Source of the DNA: Iphione sp. A-MEVVRFRX5
Lineage: Eukaryota
Reading direction: 5' to 3'
DNA length: 64,000 bases
Assembly: GCA_976226885.1 (NCBI GenBank)
Contig: OZ320323.1
Span: forward strand, 19,406,001-19,470,000
Shown: piece after piece, positions 61,817 through 64,000 of the stretch
Layout of the letters: every line of letters begins with the position of its first letter
Numbering within the stretch: position 1 is the first letter of the stretch
The notes under the pieces: generated by a model
Database searches by the model: none
Told to the model about the DNA's origin: nothing
Seen by the model: only the letters and a program-made list of their open reading frames with translations
Program-made: the position numbers and the translations under genes

Positions 61817-62640
61817 TATACATGTGCATGGCTCCAATATAGGGAAACAAAATGTTACATTCTCTCTTGTCAATAAATTTAATGAAATCAATTATTTTAG
61901 GGTGAAATGAAATACAATTAGGTCCATCTTTATTATTAATACAGGTGATGCATCTATACAAGTCAGTACTTGATAATTAAATTAATAAATATTGGCTGGT
62001 TTGGTTGTATATTCTGTATATACACCCATGGTTCGTTCATAACACTGGACATTGTCATATTATTTTGTATTATCAACAAGGAATCCTGTCATTCATTCAG
62101 ACACCATACAAAATAATACTTTTTCTGTTATTACAATAAAATAATTAATAATTAGCCCTTTTTCACATTTCCTAAGAATCTACGTACAGTCATTGATCAC
62201 ATGTACAAGTCACTATAACACAGGACACCACAGTTATGAACGAACCTGCATATAAAAACACCACCAATTGTCTATAAATTATGATTTTGATATCAAACCA
62301 TTTGTACTATTCAACAAATACATGTTTTGTAAGTAAAATCAAATAAAGAACACAATGAAAATGATACATTAAATGGCAATAATAGTTTGATATCCAATGC
62401 AGGTGTAAAAATGTAACATTTTGGGAGTAATTTTTTGATCAATTTTCCCCTAAAATCACACTCATACATGATAATTTTGTATAAATTAGAAATAAATTGG
62501 TTCAAATAGGTTCTATAGTATGTAGGTAACAAAATAAGACACCTTTATCATGTATTTTCATTTTCACTAATTCTTATTTTAAAGATTTTTCAGTCTCACC
62601 CCACATGTTACCCTATACTGGAGCCATGCACACATGTATA
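61817..62640. mobile_element. Foldback-like element with nested inverted repeats
   Basis: Outer pair tatacatgtgcatggctccaatataggg / ccctatactggagccatgcacacatgtata; middle pair ttttagggtgaaa (~61893) / ttttcccctaaaat (~62443); inner pair ggttcgttcataac (~62029) / gttatgaacgaacc (~62234). Confidence 0.65.
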
Positions 62641-64000
62641 TACATTTTCGCAATTTATGTCAAAGACAAACTGGACATCTGTCTGTGTGTATAGCAGTAC
62701 GAGGTAGGACACAGAATGCGACTGGATGGCGCCTAATACTTTCTTTTGTACGGAAGAATATATATCGTGATTTTACCATCTAATTTATAGTAAAAAAAAT
62801 AACGGGAAGAAAGGAAGCATACTGTCGTTCTTTACTGAGTTGACCTGAGTAGGTCATGAGGGCGCCATGACTGCGAAACACTGTCAAAAGGATATCGATC
62901 AACAGCAGTACATAGTGTCCAGACAGTCGATTGAAGGATAAACATTTGTATAATATTATGGACCTAAATCATGAGAGAGAACGTGTTGATTGCCATGGCA
63001 AAAATATGAATCATTTTACAGCCACAGGAGAGATCCTGCTACAAAAGAAAGCTTCTCTTTGGTTCGTTATGGTAGACGCCCACATCCGCTCAAAGCACCG
63101 ATGCGCCACCTTGTGGTTAGCTTCTAAACTTCTCTAATCCTTCCAGAGCTACAATCAGGTTGTAATAGATAGATTGATTAGACTGTGATATTTTATGGAA
63201 GATTATTTGATCAAACATTTGACACTTCTAGAAACTTTACATACAGTTCACTTTCGCTTAGGAGAACAGCGGAGGGACTTCGGGAATCGGCTGTCTATTG
63301 CAGTATGGTCTACCCTGTGGTCTTTTTTTCTACATAGAAAGCAGAACTTTCAAATCTTGGTCGCTCTGCCGGTCAGGACCCCTCTGTGATCTTGTCTTTA
63401 ACTGACAGCTTACTGTACTCGAATGCATACGGTGAACATTCGTTAAGGGATAGGTACGTCTGAGGTACTGTACAAGAACAGAAAAAAAATGAACATCTCT
63501 ATTGGAATGATGAAATCGGAATTAAAAGCCACATGGATTTTCTTCCTTTACCTCCGTTGGCTTTCATGTAACATATTTCTCCTGAATATATTCTTTTTTG
63601 AAAATATATTAACGATCGACAATACATTCCACCATGGTTTGGGATGGGATCAGATACAGACTTAAAATCTTATGTAAACAATTCTTCTTTTATAAAGTAC
63701 AGGGAGAATCATCCTAAATACCTATATGTTCTTAAGGACACCATGGACAAGTTTCCATCTGTTATTTATTCATTAAAGTAGGTACATTTAGAGAGATTTA
63801 TTCATTTAAATAATTCAGTGGCAAAACTATTATTGAGGTCATAAGGCAATGCCTTTCTTGACGGTTTATAAAGAAAATGTGCTCTGAAAATGGGACATAG
63901 TCCATTAAACTCAAATTTTCCATGCATGCTTATATTTCAACGACACATCCAAACTGTATAAACACTGGACACTCTCTCAGAATTAATGCTGGCGGATCAA

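Overview
Eukaryotic (invertebrate metazoan, lineage not determinable here) genomic DNA, roughly 40% GC, with one 133-N assembly gap. I found no rRNA, tRNA or CRISPR array. The only recognisable host gene is a spliced class A neuropeptide-type GPCR on the + strand. Four coding exons cover TM3 to the C-terminus (33186-33631, 34641-34745, 35216-35324, 44985-45091); I could not find the N-terminal/TM1-TM2 exon(s). The rest is mostly mobile DNA. LINE-A (~24790-32265, +) is an apparently full-length CR1/L2-group element with an unusual three-ORF layout: ORF1a (AT-hook, coiled coil, RRM/CTD-like region and a C-terminal NADAR/YbiA-like domain), a separate degenerate SGNH-esterase-like ORF, a ~1 kb spacer, then an intact APE-RT ORF2. 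LINE-B (~53554-58120, -) is a 5'-truncated sister lineage with an intact ORF2 and the same 3'-terminal stem-loop. There is also a ~2 kb Ngaro-like tyrosine-recombinase retrotransposon derivative with split direct repeats, several MITE/foldback elements, tandem duplications and microsatellites. The most interesting observation is the NADAR-bearing, three-ORF LINE. All domain calls are by-eye motif recognition; no database search was run.
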